From Candidatus Woesebacteria bacterium RIFCSPLOWO2_01_FULL_44_24b (GTDB taxonomy: Bacteria > Patescibacteriota > Microgenomatia > UBA8517), in assembly GCA_001793235.1 (NCBI GenBank), contig MGHM01000004.1, positions 34,467 to 98,466 on the forward strand: a stretch of DNA of 64,000 bases, in the 5' to 3' direction. Under the pieces are notes generated by a model that was given only the letters and a program-made list of their open reading frames with translations, was not told where the DNA came from and ran no database searches. Position numbers and translations under genes: made by a program. Below, piece by piece: positions 41,963 through 51,552 of this stretch (positions are counted from its first letter, which is position 1; every line of letters begins with the position of its first letter).

Positions 41963-43362
41963 GATTGAGGCGTTTTTGTGTGATAATCCGTTTGCTTTTG
42001 AAACTTTTTGCCCAAAGAAAACAAAATATTCTCTTCGAATTTTCTACCCATCAACTGAATTCCCAGAGGAAGATTATTCTTAGTAAATCCGGTGGGTATG
42101 GCAAGCGATGGAATTCCCGTTAAATTGGCTGTTGCCGCAAAAATATCCGTCAAATACATTTCCAGTGGGTCGGCAGCCTTCTCGCCCAACTTAAACGGCG
42201 GGGTAGGAGCAACGGGTGCAAGTAAAACGTCCACGTCTTCAAAAACTTTATTTACTTCCTCAATTAAAACTGTGCGAACTTTCATGGCTTTATTGTAATA
42301 CGCGTCATAATAACCGGAAGACAATACAAAAGTTCCAAGCATTATCCTTCGTTTAGCCTCCATTCCAAAAGTGCTTCTATCATTTCCATACCTGATGCCG
42401 TCGTATCTGCCCAAATTAGAACTGACCTCCGCCGGCTGGATTATGTAGTAAACCGATATAGCGTATTTAGTATTTGGCAAACTAACTTCAACTACACTAT
42501 GACCGTTGTCTGTAAGCCAATTGGCAAAACTATCGATCGAACTTTTAACTTCATCGCTTATCCCCTGTTCTACGAACTCCTTGGGAATTCCCACCTTATA
42601 TTTATTTTCACCGGTTAATTTTTGATATTTACGATCTATCAATGTGCTATCTTTCCCTTCCGGCCCGGAAGTTATAGCAAAAACTTTCTCGCTATCTTCT
42701 ACAGAGTGGGTAATATGGCCCATTGTATCAAGTGAACTTGCCATCGCTACTACTCCATAGCGCGAGACCGCGCCGTATGTAGGTTTTAGGCCGGTTACGC
42801 CGCAATAGTTTGAAGGTAATCTAATAGACCCGCAAGTATCTGAGCCGGGGGATATTAAAGCCATATTGGCGGCAACAGCCACTGCCGAGCCACTTGAGCT
42901 TCCACCCGGTACATAGTCTTTGTTCCAGGGATTGCGGGTTACACCAAAATCGGAGTTCTCCCCGGAGCTCCCGTGTGCCCAAGCGTCACAATTGGTCTTC
43001 CCTACCAAGATCGCGCCAGCTGCCTCTAACCTCTCAAAAACCGTTGAAGAGTAAGCTGGAACGTAATTTTCCAATACTCGTGACGCGGCAGTGGTTCTTA
43101 TGCCTTTTGTTAAGTACAGATCCTTCATTGCCAAAGGCACGCCAAGAAGTGGAAATTCCCCGAAAGCGTTGGGGTTATTGTTGATTACTTCTTGCATTTC
43201 CCTCGCCTTTTGATAAGCATAGTCATCAGTAATCGTAATAAAAGCATTTAAATCGTGATTCGCATTAATTCTTGCAAAATAGGCATCCAGCAATTCAACC
43301 AACGAGTATTCTTTATTTTTTAATGCAGTGTAAAGCTCATTTATGGTAAGCGGAGTTTTCAT
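41959..43362 (-). CDS. gatA: Asp/Glu-tRNA amidotransferase subunit A
   Basis: GGSSSGSA, SDTCGSIRLP, EVSSNLGRYDGIRYG, KRRIMLGTFVLSSGYYDAYY. Confidence 0.97.
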   Translation of the reverse strand: MKTPLTINELYTALKNKEYSLVELLDAYFARINANHDLNAFITITDDYAYQKAREMQEVINNNPNAFGEFPLLGVPLAMKDLYLTKGIRTTAASRVLENYVPAYSSTVFERLEAAGAILVGKTNCDAWAHGSSGENSDFGVTRNPWNKDYVPGGSSSGSAVAVAANMALISPGSDTCGSIRLPSNYCGVTGLKPTYGAVSRYGVVAMASSLDTMGHITHSVEDSEKVFAITSGPEGKDSTLIDRKYQKLTGENKYKVGIPKEFVEQGISDEVKSSIDSFANWLTDNGHSVVEVSLPNTKYAISVYYIIQPAEVSSNLGRYDGIRYGNDRSTFGMEAKRRIMLGTFVLSSGYYDAYYNKAMKVRTVLIEEVNKVFEDVDVLLAPVAPTPPFKLGEKAADPLEMYLTDIFAATANLTGIPSLAIPTGFTKNNLPLGIQLMGRKFEENILFSLGKKFQKQTDYHTKTPQS

Positions 43363-43664
43363 AGGTCCTTGTCAATTACTTGGGGTACAACAAACGCTCC
43401 ATTGTGAGTTTTATCCGTACCAGATAACACCTCGTCATTTGTCAGAATTCTGGTTGCATCTACTTGGTCTTCTCGAAGCACATCTTCCAAACCAGTTGTT
43501 TGACTTGTGGGTGAAACATCGTCCGTACGGAGTTTTTTAAGTTCCTTGAAATAATTTATAACATCTGACAACTGATCCTTTAGAGTCGTGGTCTCCTTTT
43601 TAGAAAGTGTTAAGTTAGCAAGCCTAGAAAGGTGAAGAATCTCGTCGGTGGTGAGCCCGCTCAT
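43359..43664 (-). CDS. gatC: Asp/Glu-tRNA amidotransferase subunit C
   Basis: HLSRLANL, LRED, FVVPQV; lies upstream of gatA. Confidence 0.92.
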   Translation of the reverse strand: MSGLTTDEILHLSRLANLTLSKKETTTLKDQLSDVINYFKELKKLRTDDVSPTSQTTGLEDVLREDQVDATRILTNDEVLSGTDKTHNGAFVVPQVIDKDL

Positions 43665-43770
43665 TAACGTATAATACCACAAGCCGTTAATTTTTAAATT
43701 TGGCATTCTGGGCAAGCTTCAAGACTGATAAAGTGTTGTGTACGCCTGTCTTTAGTAATAAAATACCTCA

Positions 43771-44367
43771 ATGGCTGTTAGAAAAACTATTCAAATCGGT
43801 GACCCCAGGCTTAAAGCTCCTAATAAAGAAGCCAAAGATTTTTCGGCCCCAAAAATCAAGAAAGTCATCAAAGACTTAAAAGATACGATGATTAAAAACG
43901 ATCTTATTGGGCTTGCTGCGCCCCAAATTGGTGAAAACTATAAAATCTTTGTAACTCAACCCAGAAAAACAAAAGCAAGACGCCTTCCTAAAGGAGATAA
44001 ATTCCGGGTCTATATAAACCCAAAAATTACTTATTTTTCCAAAAAGCAAAATATTATTTACGAAGGCTGTGGCAGTGTTCTGAATGGAACATTATTTGGT
44101 CCCGTCAAAAGGCCAGAAGAGATAAAAGTTGTTGCTCGGGATGAAAACCAAAAAAAGTTTCAGGTTCATTGTAATGGAATACTTGCGCGAGTAATCCAGC
44201 ATGAATATGACCACCTTGATGGTATTGAGTTCACGGAAAAAATCTATGATTACAAAAAATTAATGGCCAAAGATTTTTATATTAAAAATATCAGAAATTC
44301 AAAAGCGCAACTCTCCGCTTCAAATATTACTATCCGTGAGTATATAATACTCAATGGGAAAAATTGA
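43771..44367 (+). CDS. def: Peptide deformylase
   Basis: GLAAPQIG, EGCGS, QHEYDHLDG. Confidence 0.92.
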   Translation: MAVRKTIQIGDPRLKAPNKEAKDFSAPKIKKVIKDLKDTMIKNDLIGLAAPQIGENYKIFVTQPRKTKARRLPKGDKFRVYINPKITYFSKKQNIIYEGCGSVLNGTLFGPVKRPEEIKVVARDENQKKFQVHCNGILARVIQHEYDHLDGIEFTEKIYDYKKLMAKDFYIKNIRNSKAQLSASNITIREYIILNGKN

Positions 44368-44857
44368 GGAAGTTATTTACGAAAACTACAAAAAAGCAAT
44401 CACCGAGGGTGATTACGACCAAGCCAAGCGCGCGGTTGAGCTTGGAAAAGTACTAAAAGAAAAAATTGATACCGAACAGTTTGTTGATTACGACTCGCTC
44501 AAAGTCCCCATAACTCAAATCATCGGAAAGCATTTCAACCCATTCCCCTATAAATACCATGAAATTCAGGGAGTTGTCGAGCTCACAACTGTCGTTATCA
44601 CATTAACTGAGCAGGAAAATAAACTTTTTGGGCTTTTTAGCAGGAATGAAACAAAGGGCAAAAGCATAAAAGTTGTTACAAAACAACTTATAGCTCAACA
44701 CATGTGGGGTAAAGAGTTTGTAGCCAATAGTCTGATTAGGATAAATATCTGGAGGTTGAGAAAGAAAATTGAACCAGATATTACATATCCGCAGCTCCTA
44801 ATAAGTCTACCCGAGCGTGGCTATATCTTTTTGGGTAATAAAGTTGACTATTTTTAG
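44354..44857 (+). CDS. OmpR/PhoB-type winged-helix protein without a receiver domain
   Basis: LTEQENKLF..VVTKQLIAQHMWG..IRINIWRLRKKIEPD..P.LLISLPERGY. Confidence 0.82.
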   Translation: MGKIEEVIYENYKKAITEGDYDQAKRAVELGKVLKEKIDTEQFVDYDSLKVPITQIIGKHFNPFPYKYHEIQGVVELTTVVITLTEQENKLFGLFSRNETKGKSIKVVTKQLIAQHMWGKEFVANSLIRINIWRLRKKIEPDITYPQLLISLPERGYIFLGNKVDYF

Positions 44858-45439
44858 AACTTGTGAAAATTTATATTCTACTTTGTAACCTTTTAGTTAC
44901 GGCAAATTGGCCCCGAGTAAATCTCTTATTCATTGGCAAAAACGACTTTAGATCGTTAATTGGGAAATATTATTCCAAGTCAAACAAATTATAAATACTA
45001 TATGCATCTTTTATTTTAGAATCAATCTCTCTATATAAGATTCAATATTAGCCTTAAAATGAGAGAATAAATTAGATTCGAGCTCAGAGTTTTCATCTTA
45101 AAAACCTTCAAATAGCACTCCGAAATGTAGATTGCCAGAAAAATCGATGGCATTAGTTTCCCGAATGATTGTCATTATCTATATTTATTATAAGACGTTA
45201 AACGCCAGATTGAGCCTAGTCATCACTAACGCCAATATATCGGCTTAAAGTATGAAAGTGTAATTCTATTGTCTCTGAAATTTAGCTCAAAATGATTGCT
45301 AATATTACTATCGGCTATATTATTATGGGATATAACTATGTCAACCAATTTATGACTCTTGTTTGACTAATTTTATAAAAAGAAGATTAATCGCAATTAT
45401 ATTGCTCTTGTAATTCGCTATTTATACGTTACAGAAATG

Positions 45440-46363
45440 CTACATCATCTGCTCAAGAGCCTTGATTCGCTCCTCAACTGGAGGGTGAGTATTAAATAAA
45501 CTCGAAAAGGAGCTTCTGGCGTCGCCAATTTTATTCTTAAAGGGATTTTCAATATAAAGATGTGCCGTTGCTTTATTTGCTGCTTCAAGTGGCTCAGTGT
45601 CCATAGAGATCTTATTCAACGCGGAAATAAGCCCCGAAGGCTGACGCGTGATGGCAACCGACCCGGCATCCGCCGAAAACTCACGCCGTCTTGAAATGGC
45701 AAGTTTAATTAGCTGGCCAATAAAAGGGGATAATATGGCAAAAACCAAGCCAATTAACATAATTACCCCGGCGCCTTCTTTACGCCCGCGCCTACCTCCA
45801 CCCCAAAAACTAGCTCGCAGTAAAAAATCTGCCAAGAGCGCCACGGTTCCGACTAAAACCGTAACAACAGACATAAGTAAGATATCGTAGTTTTTGACAT
45901 GGATCAGCTCGTGGGCAACTACACCCTCAAGTTCTGTACGATTAAGCCGCGATATAAGCCCTGTAGTGGCTACAACCACTGCGTGCTCGGGGTTTCTGCC
46001 TGTTGCGAATGCGTTCATGGCTGTATCATCAATCACATAAAGCTTGGGCTTAGGGATGCCGGCTGCTATGGCCAAATTCTCGGCCACTGTGTAGAAATCA
46101 AATTCGCGTTTTCTATCCGCAGGCCGAGCCCCACTAATGCCAAGCACGATCTTGTCGCTAAAATAATAACTGCCAATACTCATTAAACCCGAGATTATAA
46201 AAGCAATTCCCACAATACCCAAGCCTCCGGCATCATAGCCCCAATAAGTACTCAACCCAGTTGCAATAAAATATGTGGCAGCGGTAATAAAGGCCACAAA
46301 AAGTGCCATTATCAAAAATGACTTTCGCTTGTTGGCAGCAGCCACCTCATAGATGTTTTGCAC
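45440..46363 (-). CDS. htpX: Zinc metalloprotease HtpX (M48)
   Basis: NAFATG, ELEGVVAHELIH, SRRREF.AD, THPP.EERI. Confidence 0.95.
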   Translation of the reverse strand: MQNIYEVAAANKRKSFLIMALFVAFITAATYFIATGLSTYWGYDAGGLGIVGIAFIISGLMSIGSYYFSDKIVLGISGARPADRKREFDFYTVAENLAIAAGIPKPKLYVIDDTAMNAFATGRNPEHAVVVATTGLISRLNRTELEGVVAHELIHVKNYDILLMSVVTVLVGTVALLADFLLRASFWGGGRRGRKEGAGVIMLIGLVFAILSPFIGQLIKLAISRRREFSADAGSVAITRQPSGLISALNKISMDTEPLEAANKATAHLYIENPFKNKIGDARSSFSSLFNTHPPVEERIKALEQMM

Positions 46364-46374
46364 AGCTAATTATA

Positions 46375-46959
46375 CTACTCTAGGTTTACCTTTGGAGTTT
46401 TGGTTTCCGAAGCACTAACTTCAACATGCTCGCCGCTCTCGGGAGTTATGAGCCCCTTTTGCTCTTCAAATTTAAACATGTTGGCTACAATGTTTGTGGG
46501 AAAAGTTGCACGCTTAACATTATAATCCGCGGTCAAATCAATCACCAAGCGCCTAGCATACATCACTTTATCTGAGGTGTCGCGAAGCTCATCCATGAGT
46601 TTACCCACAACGCTATCTGACTTAATTTCCGGGTTATCCTCCACCATAATCTGAAGCTTTGGCAAAACTGCTGCCAGCTGGCTCCCGGCATCGGCCATCT
46701 TTTGGACGTCATTTGATTTAACTGCTGAATCTATTTGCCTTCTGGCATCCGTCAGCATCTTAAATATCCCCTTCTCCTGCTTTAAGTAACCCTTTACTGA
46801 AGACTCCAAATTTGGAATCAAGTCTGCCTGGCGCTTAAGCTGGTTGCCGATTTCCTGAACTGCAGCCTTAATGCGGGCTTTGCTTGAAACAAAGAAGTTG
46901 TAAGTGGAAATTATCCATACAACTATTAAAACCAGAGGGACAAGAACTAAGAATGGCAT
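46375..46959 (-). CDS. lemA: LemA family protein
   Basis: QLKRQADLIPNL, E.NPEIKS, YN.....FPTNIVA. ATG lies 7 nt after TACAAT. Confidence 0.93.
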   Translation of the reverse strand: MPFLVLVPLVLIVVWIISTYNFFVSSKARIKAAVQEIGNQLKRQADLIPNLESSVKGYLKQEKGIFKMLTDARRQIDSAVKSNDVQKMADAGSQLAAVLPKLQIMVEDNPEIKSDSVVGKLMDELRDTSDKVMYARRLVIDLTADYNVKRATFPTNIVANMFKFEEQKGLITPESGEHVEVSASETKTPKVNLE

Positions 46960-46976
46960 ACAACTTATTGTAGCAC

Positions 46977-47043
46977 CTTTGTAAACTGGTGCAAGCAGAG
47001 CATGTGAATTAACATAATTCACACCGTTTGTTTATTTACAAAG
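46977..47043. repeat. Nested inverted repeats / long imperfect hairpin
   Basis: Outer CTTTGTAAA...TTTACAAAG; inner TGTGAATTA-ACA-TAATTCACA at 47003-47023. Confidence 0.6.
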
Positions 47044-47074
47044 CACATTGCAATTTGTTAAGTTGCTTTAGTAA

Positions 47075-48259
47075 ATGGGACGCAAAATAGAGTTTGATAC
47101 TTCTCGCCCTTCATATGACATATACAGACCGGAAGTGTTTGCTCAGATTATTAAAGCCACACATTTACCAGATGTAGACTCATTGGAAAAGTTAGTTGGT
47201 AAAAACAACACCGGACTTTCAACTCTTTTAGAAAGCCAAAGGCGCTATGCTGCTATTTTCCATATAATACCTGGACTTGATCAGATGGATGACTTTCAAA
47301 CTGAAATTCGTTTGTCATCCAGATGTGAAATTCCTATTTCTGATATCTCAATATGGTATGGCATAAAAGAAAAAATTAAATTCGAATTTTATCCATGGGC
47401 ACAACATGCTTCTAAGGGTGATGTCGATTCATATGACTTAGCACTTAAAAAAATGGAGGACTTTATTGACCTTAGATGGAACGGGAGTGTTTCAGGTCTA
47501 CTTTACAGAGCTCTTAGATATCAAAAGTTGTTACCTAAAATTATTGCAAATGAACAACGATATAACCGGTTTACCGCATTTCCGGAAGGCATGGAAAGGA
47601 TGATGCAAAAAAATATATTTGAGGATGATGAAAACGAAGAAGAGAGTATAAATACCTCCCTTGGTTTCTCAAAAAATTCTTATAGGTCAATTTTTGAAGG
47701 AATCCCTCTTAATTACATACCAAACATAATTGCAAGTCTGCCCAACCAGCTTTATATAGACATCAGCCTATGGAGACTAGGTTATCAAAATACTGACCTA
47801 TCAGAAGAGGGGTTGTGTAATCAGATTCATCCTCTTGCCCAAAATCTTACGGTTGGACAAAAGATTGAATTTGTCAGAGATCATGCAAAAAAAGCTAAAA
47901 AATACTTAATAAAGGCAATAAGCCTTCAAGATTATGGTGGCTATCCAACTTTCGATTTCGTGGATCTAACGGGGAGGATAGTAAAACCTCTACCTTATTT
48001 TTATAAAAGTGGAATTATGATTAATACTGGGGGAATTCGTGAGAAGATTCTGCTTATCAGAAACGAGCTTAACGAACGGAATCCAAAGTTCAAAGCCTTA
48101 ACAAAAAGACAGAGAGAAGTACTGCAACTCCTCTCCGAAACTGACGGGAGAGGTACTTTGGTTTATACTAACAAACAAGTGGCTGCCGTGTGGGGAATAA
48201 ATGAAGCGGTTATTCAAATTTGCGCTCAAACTGCATTGAAACGTTTAAATACTAACTAA
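47075..48259 (+). CDS. Orphan AT-rich protein with a C-terminal sigma-region-4/LuxR-like HTH
   Basis: LTKRQREVLQLL....YTNKQVAAVWGINEAVIQ....ALKRL. Confidence 0.68.
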   Translation: MGRKIEFDTSRPSYDIYRPEVFAQIIKATHLPDVDSLEKLVGKNNTGLSTLLESQRRYAAIFHIIPGLDQMDDFQTEIRLSSRCEIPISDISIWYGIKEKIKFEFYPWAQHASKGDVDSYDLALKKMEDFIDLRWNGSVSGLLYRALRYQKLLPKIIANEQRYNRFTAFPEGMERMMQKNIFEDDENEEESINTSLGFSKNSYRSIFEGIPLNYIPNIIASLPNQLYIDISLWRLGYQNTDLSEEGLCNQIHPLAQNLTVGQKIEFVRDHAKKAKKYLIKAISLQDYGGYPTFDFVDLTGRIVKPLPYFYKSGIMINTGGIREKILLIRNELNERNPKFKALTKRQREVLQLLSETDGRGTLVYTNKQVAAVWGINEAVIQICAQTALKRLNTN

Positions 48260-50021
48260 TAACCAACAATTTTTCAAAGTCTGGCAAGCTTTTTGTATTT
48301 ACAATATCCCCCTTTGTCGCCCAGCCGCGGCGGGCCATTGCAACTCCGTAGCGCATATTATCCATTCCGTCTTTGTGATGCGAGTCGGTTCCCAGGGTCA
48401 ATTTCACACCAAGCTTAACTGCATCCCGGATTAAAAAGTCGGGCAAATCCAGCCTGTGAGGATCGGCGTTTATCTCAATCCATTTGCCATTTTTCAAGCA
48501 AAAATCAAAAATTTTCTCCCAATTAAGCTCCACCCCTTCCCGCTTTTCAAGAAGTCTCGCTGTCGGGTGGGCAAATATTTTAACCCTGGGATGGTCAAGC
48601 CCAGCGAGTACTCTTTTGGTCATCTCCTCGCGAGATTTTTTAAAACTCGAATGAATTGAGACCAAAGCAAAGTCAAGCATTTCTAACCCTTTATCGTCAA
48701 CGGGGAGTCTACCGTCCGGCAGCATATCAATTTCTAAGCTATTAAACGCTTTTATTTCTTTCACGCGCTCGTTTACACGAATAACTTTCTCCTGCTTTCC
48801 TTTCAAAATATCCAGTATTTGTTGGTAATTATGACCTCTCTGACTGGGATTGTGTTCAGTAAAAGCGATATATTCATAATTAAGCTCTTTTGCTTTTTGC
48901 ATAAGCTCCTCCATACTTGAAGCTCCAACATCATGGCTGGTTTCAATATCAAAACTACTGTGCATCTGCAGATCCCCTTTTATGTCTTTGAGGTCAACCA
49001 ATTTTGGCAAGTTGTTTTTTAAAGCCGCCTCGATTTCTCCAGCTCCCTCCCGAAGCTCGGGCGGGATCCAAGCCATCCCAAGTTTCTTATAAAACTTTTC
49101 TTCATCGGCAACCGGGGTAAGTTTCCCTTTAACCTTTATACCGTGCTCACTAAGACTCATTCCTTGCTTGAGTGCATACTCACGAAGGGCAACGTTATGG
49201 TGCTTGGAGCCCGTAAAATGCTGCAGCAAGGCCCCATAAGTGGCGGGTGACTCAACTTTAAGGTCAGCCCGGACGTTCCCGGGCAAAAGAAGCGAGGCGG
49301 ACTTCGCACCCCGGTTTATTACACGAATTTTGTTTGGATAGCCAGTAAACCTGTCTAAAACACTTTTGGAATCTTCGGAGGCAACAGAAAGGTCAACATC
49401 ACCAACAGTTGGAGCGCTCCTGCGCAAACTGCCAAGCTTATCAATTAGCTTAACACCCTTACTCACACTCATCCATTCAATGATTTTATCGGCGTATTCT
49501 TCGGCGGTAGAAAGAAGCATCCTGGCTGGCGGTTTTTCCTTATATTCCGCAATTGCAGTCAAAATATCGCTCTGTGACTCTTCACCAAAGCCGGGAAGCT
49601 TTGCAATGTCTCCGGCCCCGGCATGTTTTTTGAGTACCTCCAGGGTGTTTTTGTCCGGCAAGTGAAGCTCCTCAGCAAGGCGGTAAGCTTTTTTTGGCCC
49701 AATGCCTTCTACGTCCAATAGAGCCAGCGCGGCCTTGGGAATGCCTCTCAACACTTTCTCAAAGTGCCTTGACTTCCCACTCCTAAAGATCTCGTTTAAA
49801 TGCGCTGCAATACTTGTGCCAATCCCGGAAACATCATCCAGGTCTCCCTCATCAAAAATATCCTTTGCCTCGGTTCCCAAGTGCTCAATGGCATCCGCCG
49901 CGCGGTTATAAGCAATTATCCGAAACTTATTTTTGTTCTCGTTTTCTATCTGGTATGAAGCGGCAACGGCACGAAATAGCTCTGCAATCTCACCATTGGT
50001 CATATCTTTATGAATTTTCAC
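48252..50021 (-). CDS. polX: DNA polymerase X with PHP domain
   Basis: AYNRAA, HhH motifs, [30 protein letters not shown]-terminus (TDSH). Confidence 0.95.
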   Translation of the reverse strand: MKIHKDMTNGEIAELFRAVAASYQIENENKNKFRIIAYNRAADAIEHLGTEAKDIFDEGDLDDVSGIGTSIAAHLNEIFRSGKSRHFEKVLRGIPKAALALLDVEGIGPKKAYRLAEELHLPDKNTLEVLKKHAGAGDIAKLPGFGEESQSDILTAIAEYKEKPPARMLLSTAEEYADKIIEWMSVSKGVKLIDKLGSLRRSAPTVGDVDLSVASEDSKSVLDRFTGYPNKIRVINRGAKSASLLLPGNVRADLKVESPATYGALLQHFTGSKHHNVALREYALKQGMSLSEHGIKVKGKLTPVADEEKFYKKLGMAWIPPELREGAGEIEAALKNNLPKLVDLKDIKGDLQMHSSFDIETSHDVGASSMEELMQKAKELNYEYIAFTEHNPSQRGHNYQQILDILKGKQEKVIRVNERVKEIKAFNSLEIDMLPDGRLPVDDKGLEMLDFALVSIHSSFKKSREEMTKRVLAGLDHPRVKIFAHPTARLLEKREGVELNWEKIFDFCLKNGKWIEINADPHRLDLPDFLIRDAVKLGVKLTLGTDSHHKDGMDNMRYGVAMARRGWATKGDIVNTKSLPDFEKLLVIS

Positions 50022-50042
50022 TGAGTTATTATGGCAACCAAA

Positions 50043-50297
50043 CTATTCATGCAGACAGTTCTTAAGCATAGCTTTTAATCTCCTCCAGCCTGCAGTACTT
50101 TTAAAATACTTCTCACATTCTAGAGCATCTTCTTTAGACTTAAAAGCCGAATAATATATTAATTCATAAGGAACATATGGTTTTGTCGCAGCATTTTCAC
50201 CTTTATTATGGCTTTTCAATCTTACTTTTAAATCGGGAGTGTATCCAAGATATAATTTGTCGTTCTTAAAACTCCGAAGAATATAGAAGTAATACAT
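50043..50297 (-). CDS. Stand-alone GIY-YIG nuclease family protein
   Basis: YFYILRS..DKLYLGYT.DL..RL..HN.G...TK, A..CE.YFKS..G. Confidence 0.9.
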   Translation of the reverse strand: MYYFYILRSFKNDKLYLGYTPDLKVRLKSHNKGENAATKPYVPYELIYYSAFKSKEDALECEKYFKSTAGWRRLKAMLKNCLHE

Positions 50298-50302
50298 TGT
50301 GG

Positions 50303-50358
50303 CGGGCTACAATTCAGGCTCGCTACGTTCACAAGCCTCGCGAGCTGAATGTAGCGGG
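50303..50358 (-). mobile_element. 48-bp hairpin element (50307-50354) flanked by CCCG direct repeats at the tRNA-Asp 3' end; MITE/REP-like
   Basis: Minus strand reads GGT[CCCG]CTACATTCAGCTCGC...GCGAGCCTGAATTGTAG[CCCG]CCA. Confidence 0.55.
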
Positions 50359-50428
50359 ACCGACGGGGCTCGAACCCGCAACCTCTGCCGTGACAGGGCA
50401 GCACTCTGACCAATTGAGCTACGGTCCC
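50355..50428 (-). tRNA. tRNA-Asp(GTC)
   Basis: GGGACCG/CGGTCCC acceptor stem, CTGCC-CTGTCAC-GGCAG anticodon arm, GGTTCGAG T-loop. Confidence 0.95.
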
Positions 50429-50486
50429 AGACTAAGCGATTATATAACAGAAAGAGATTGTACTCAATGCTGCTATAATAAACGTC

Positions 50487-50888
50487 ATGCGGCGTGCAGT
50501 TGCTGTAGTAATAAAAGACAAAAAAGAGAGAGTGCTTCTGACCCAAAGAGGGAGAATTGCCAGAGATGAATTTGGTAAATGGGAAAACTGCGGTGGCGCA
50601 GTTGACGAAGGCGAAACCGAAGAGGAAGCCATAAAAAGAGAAGTCAGGGAAGAATTGGGCTGTGGCCTGGAAATCAAGAATGTCTTGTATAAGGATAAGT
50701 TTAAAACAGACAGCGGAACTAACTGGCAAGTAATTATTTTTGAAGGCAAGCTAATCGGCGAGCCTAAACCTCAAAATAAAGATGAAAACGCAGCCGTTAA
50801 ATGGTTCAAAAAAGAGGAGCTTAAAAACGTAAATTTAGCAACCTATACTAGACAAGATTTTATTAGGTTTGGCTGGATTAACAAGTAG
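50487..50888 (+). CDS. NUDIX hydrolase
   Basis: Nudix box GGAVDEGETEEEAIKREVREELG. Confidence 0.93.
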   Translation: MRRAVAVVIKDKKERVLLTQRGRIARDEFGKWENCGGAVDEGETEEEAIKREVREELGCGLEIKNVLYKDKFKTDSGTNWQVIIFEGKLIGEPKPQNKDENAAVKWFKKEELKNVNLATYTRQDFIRFGWINK

Positions 50889-50889
50889 C

Positions 50890-51339
50890 TTACTTCTTGA
50901 AGAAACTTGAAAGGTAGTGTTTGTAAAGGCTGCCCATTGTGACTATGCCTACTAACTTGCCGTGATCAACCACCGGCAGACGGCGGATGTTGTTTATAAT
51001 CATAAGGGAGCAGGCGACCAGGACGTGCCTGCCAGGCTCAATTGTGATTACATTTTTGGTCATAATATGCTTTGCAGTCAACTTACCAATATTCTCTGCC
51101 TCATGCTCAATACGCTCAAAATTTTTGTAATATTCAATATTTTTGTAGAATTTTTTCTCACTTGGGAAAAGCTTGTAAAGAAGATCTTTCTCCGAAATTA
51201 CACCAACTAATTTCCCCTCCTTATTGACGACAGTAATCCCGCTAATTTTCTTTGTAGCTAAGAGTTTTACAATTGTCTGAAAATCGGCACTATCATTTAC
51301 AGTGAAGACCCGCTTAAACATTACATCCCGAACCAACAT
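50890..51339 (-). CDS. CBS-domain pair protein
   Basis: VRDVM..., GKLVGVISEKDL, IRRLPVVDHGKLVGIVT. Confidence 0.92.
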   Translation of the reverse strand: MLVRDVMFKRVFTVNDSADFQTIVKLLATKKISGITVVNKEGKLVGVISEKDLLYKLFPSEKKFYKNIEYYKNFERIEHEAENIGKLTAKHIMTKNVITIEPGRHVLVACSLMIINNIRRLPVVDHGKLVGIVTMGSLYKHYLSSFFKK

Positions 51340-51552
51340 AGTAAATTATACACATTAATAGAAATATTTCAAAGCAGGTTTTGAATTTTTCACATTAGTT
51401 TTCACCGCTCAAATGTTAACTTGGATGCAAAGTTTACTCAAAATTGAGCTTAATTCCCCTTGACTTTTGAGCATACTTAATATAAATTCATTCAGCTTAA
51501 CTTTAGAGAGCCTGCTACTCCAAAGTTCATTTCCGAAGGGTGGTGAGCAAAC

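Noticed and set aside
46977-47043. Integron attC site
   Set aside because: No clear RYYYAAC/GTTRRRY boxes and no integron integrase in the window; kept only as an unexplained hairpin.
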